Source of the DNA: Alphaproteobacteria bacterium
Lineage (GTDB): Bacteria > Pseudomonadota > Alphaproteobacteria > GCA-2746255
Assembly (NCBI GenBank): GCA_965249135.1
Contig: OZ252220.1
Span: 1,696,001-1,760,000, forward strand
Length of the DNA: 64,000 nt
Reading direction: 5' to 3'
Below, piece by piece: positions 61,532-64,000 of the stretch; the stretch's first letter is position 1, and each line of letters starts with the position of its first letter. The notes under the pieces are model-generated. The model did no database searches. It had not been told where the DNA came from and was given only the letters and a program-made list of their open reading frames with translations. Made by a program: the position numbers and the translations under genes.

Positions 61532-61591
61532 GTCCCCTATTTTTCTTAGGAAAGGCCGCTTGACGGAACGGCGTTAGGTTTTTATGGTTCG

Positions 61592-61651
61592 TTCCCTGTG
61601 GTGATTTGTTTGACCGGCTTGCGACCACGGAAAAGAAACCGCTAAAAGGTC
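61592..61651 (+). ncRNA. SAM-II (SAM_alpha) riboswitch
   Basis: CUGUGGU/ACCACGG P1, loop GAUUU..GACC..UUGC, 3' GCUAAA..GGUC pseudoknot; upstream of metZ; TTGACG-N17-TATGGT promoter at 61560-61588. Confidence 0.88.
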
Positions 61652-61663
61652 CGCGTGGTTACG

Positions 61664-61690
61664 ACCCTGACCCGGCGGGCAGGGTTTTTT
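61664..61690 (+). terminator. Intrinsic terminator in the metZ leader
   Basis: ACCCUG(A)CCC-GGC-GGGCAGGGU followed by a U-run. Confidence 0.8.
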
Positions 61691-61736
61691 GTTCGGTTTC
61701 CACCGTTCCTTATGCCGCAGGCTTGAGGAGAGCGCG

Positions 61737-62933
61737 ATGACGGAGCGGAAGCCAAATCAGGAAAACTGGCGGCTCAGCACAAAACTCGTCCGCGGCGGGC
61801 AGCGACGCACGCAGTTTCAGGAAACCTGCGAAGCGTTGTTCCTTACCTCTGGCTATGTGTACGACGAGGCCGTGCAGGCCGAACTTGCCTTTAAGGGGGA
61901 ACTGGACCGTTACATCTATTCCCGTTTCAAGAATCCGACGGTTGCCATGTTCGAGGAGCGGATGGCGCTTCTGGAAGGGGCGGAGGTCTGCCATGGGACG
62001 GCGACCGGGATGGCAGCCGTCTTCAGCACGCTGGCCGGTTACTTGCGTGCGGGCGATCGGCTCGTCGTCTCGCGTGCCCTCTTCGGGGCCTGTCGCTACG
62101 TGGCCTGTGAGGTCATGCCGCATTACGGGATCGACGTTCAAGTGGTCGATGGTACGGATCTGGACCAGTGGAAAGAGGCCCTTAGCCGTGAAACGAAAAT
62201 GGTGTTTATCGAATCTCCGTCGAATCCGACGCTTGAGATCATCGATATTAAAGCCGTGGCGGATCTTGCGCACAAGGCGGGCGCAAAATTTATTGTCGAT
62301 AACGTTTTCGCGACGCCGGTCCTACAGTCTCCCTTCGAACTTGGCGCCGACATTGTCGTCTATTCCGCCACGAAGCACATCGATGGACAGGGCAGATGTA
62401 TGGGAGGCGCCATCCTGTGTGACGCGGAATTTTCAGATGAGAACTATGCACGCTTTTTACGGAATACAGGACCTGCCTTAAGTCCGTTTAATGCTTGGCT
62501 GCTCTTAAAGGGTTTGGAGACGTTGACGCTTCGTGTCGAGAAGCATTGCGAAAATACGCGCGAGATAGCGAGCTATCTGGAAAAGGCGAAGGTGGTCACA
62601 AAGCTTTACTACCCTGGGTTTTCGAGTCACCCACAGCACGCGCTTGCGAAGGCTCAGATGCGGGACTTCGGAAATATCATTGCGTTTGAGATCGACGGCG
62701 GAAAAAAGGAGGCTTTTCGCTTTCTTGATTCACTTAAACTGATCGACATCTCCAACAATCTTGGAGATACAAAAAGCCTGATCACGCATCCTGCAACGAC
62801 GACGCATCAAAACGTTGAAGAAGAAGAGCGTCTTCGCATGGGCGTCGGTGAGAATCTGATACGAATTTCCGTCGGTCTCGAGGACCCGGAAGATCTGAAG
62901 GAGGACTTGGCCCAAGCCTTCAAGACGCTTTAG
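61737..62933 (+). CDS. metZ: O-succinylhomoserine sulfhydrylase
   Basis: YSRFKNPT, TGMAA, ESPSNP, DNVFATP, YSATKHIDGQGR, SNNLGD; ATG 61737 after GAGGAG. Confidence 0.95.
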   Translation: MTERKPNQENWRLSTKLVRGGQRRTQFQETCEALFLTSGYVYDEAVQAELAFKGELDRYIYSRFKNPTVAMFEERMALLEGAEVCHGTATGMAAVFSTLAGYLRAGDRLVVSRALFGACRYVACEVMPHYGIDVQVVDGTDLDQWKEALSRETKMVFIESPSNPTLEIIDIKAVADLAHKAGAKFIVDNVFATPVLQSPFELGADIVVYSATKHIDGQGRCMGGAILCDAEFSDENYARFLRNTGPALSPFNAWLLLKGLETLTLRVEKHCENTREIASYLEKAKVVTKLYYPGFSSHPQHALAKAQMRDFGNIIAFEIDGGKKEAFRFLDSLKLIDISNNLGDTKSLITHPATTTHQNVEEEERLRMGVGENLIRISVGLEDPEDLKEDLAQAFKTL

Positions 62934-63029
62934 GAAAGGTTGGGCTTTTCTGCTTACACTGGACATCATCGGCCCGCTCCGTAGAATAACGGGGCCAAAG
63001 TTCCGCGATCGAAGACCACAGGAAGGCGA

Positions 63030-63422
63030 ATGTACACGGAAACGACCCGCTCGATCGAAGTCACGGTGGAACCCGTCTATCTCGAAGATCAATCCACTCC
63101 GGAGGAGGGGCACTTCGTCTGGGCCTACCGTGTGCGAATCCAAAATCGCAGCAAGAAGACCGTCCAGTTGCTGAACCGCTATTGGCGGATCACGGACGCA
63201 CAGGGGCGGACCCAGGAGGTGCGTGGCGCTGGGGTCGTCGGCGAGCAGCCGGTCCTGCACCCTGGCGAGGCCTTTGAATACACGAGTGGCACGCCGCTTC
63301 GTACATCCAATGGGTTTATGGTGGGTTCCTACGAAATGGAATCGGAGGCGGGCGAATCCTTTGATATTGCCATTCCGGCCTTCTCCCTTGATTCGCCCCA
63401 TGATGAGGCGCGACTGCACTAA
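63030..63422 (+). CDS. apaG: ApaG protein
   Basis: [27 protein letters not shown]. Confidence 0.95.
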   Translation: MYTETTRSIEVTVEPVYLEDQSTPEEGHFVWAYRVRIQNRSKKTVQLLNRYWRITDAQGRTQEVRGAGVVGEQPVLHPGEAFEYTSGTPLRTSNGFMVGSYEMESEAGESFDIAIPAFSLDSPHDEARLH

Positions 63423-63479
63423 CGCTTGAGCCCGACCATCCCCATCTAACTCTTAAGAACGATAAAGGAAGAAGCCGTC

Positions 63480-64000
63480 ATGAGTTCGAAGTCGACCACG
63501 TCCCGCCGCCCGCTCGGCATTGCCCATCCGCAGCCTACGAAGGAGGAAGCGGAAGAGGCGGTGCGCACACTGATTCGTTGGGCCGGGGATGATCCATCCC
63601 GGGAGGGTCTTCAGGGAACGCCGGGTCGTGTGACTCGCTCCTACCGCGAGTTCTTTTCCGGTTATGAGGAAGACCCGGTCGAACTCCTCCAGCGGACCTT
63701 TGAGGAAACGGATGGCTACGACGAAATGGTCATCCTGCGCGACATCCGATTCGAGTCCCATTGCGAGCATCACCTTGCCCCGATCATCGGCGTTGTCCAC
63801 GTTGCCTATCTTCCGAATCATCGAATCATCGGGATCAGCAAGCTCGCCCGTGTCATCGAGGTCTATGCAAAGCGCATGCAGATTCAGGAAAAGATGACGG
63901 TACAGATCGCAAGCGCCATCCATGAAGTTCTGGAGCCGAAGGGCGTAGCCGTCGTGATCGAAGCGGAACATCACTGCATGACGACGCGCGGCATCCACAA
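63480..64000 (+). CDS. folE: GTP cyclohydrolase I (truncated by window end; absent from ORF track)
   Basis: Hand translation from ATG 63480: [39 protein letters not shown]. Confidence 0.95.
   Translation, partial: MSSKSTTSRRPLGIAHPQPTKEEAEEAVRTLIRWAGDDPSREGLQGTPGRVTRSYREFFSGYEEDPVELLQRTFEETDGYDEMVILRDIRFESHCEHHLAPIIGVVHVAYLPNHRIIGISKLARVIEVYAKRMQIQEKMTVQIASAIHEVLEPKGVAVVIEAEHHCMTTRGIH

Noticed and set aside
63453-63998. 181-aa minus-strand ORF in the track
   Set aside because: It is the antisense shadow of folE, which runs off the window on the + strand.

Overview
This 64 kb window is GC-rich, densely coding and almost entirely core chromosome from an alphaproteobacterium (gene order and sequences look Rhodospirillales-like; the taxon is an inference). 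It holds about 66 CDSs and four tRNAs: Arg-CCT, Arg-ACG, Leu-CAG and Ala-GGC. Major blocks are asnB/SDR/amino-acid dehydrogenase, carD-fdxA, ggt, panBC, gpt, a seven-gene queuosine locus (queC-queE-queD >< queF, tgt-queA-queG) fused to thrS-infC-rpmI-rplT-pheST, gltDB, uppP, rnd-kdsD-lptCAB-rpoN-ptsN, a small heat-shock operon, aroA-cmk-rpsA-sppA-ihfB-lapA-pyrF-trpFBA-accD-folC, a radical SAM gene, metZ-apaG and a truncated folE. I saw no integrase, transposase, prophage, CRISPR array or defence system. The best signals are non-coding: two CtrA-like boxes, two GANTC sites and a long hairpin upstream of queF (possible cell-cycle gating of queuosine synthesis); a SAM-II riboswitch coupled to an intrinsic terminator before metZ; a ROSE thermometer with an RpoH promoter before the Hsp20 gene; and an ATA-initiated infC that the ORF track truncates. 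Gene calls rest on recognising motifs by eye; no database searches were run.
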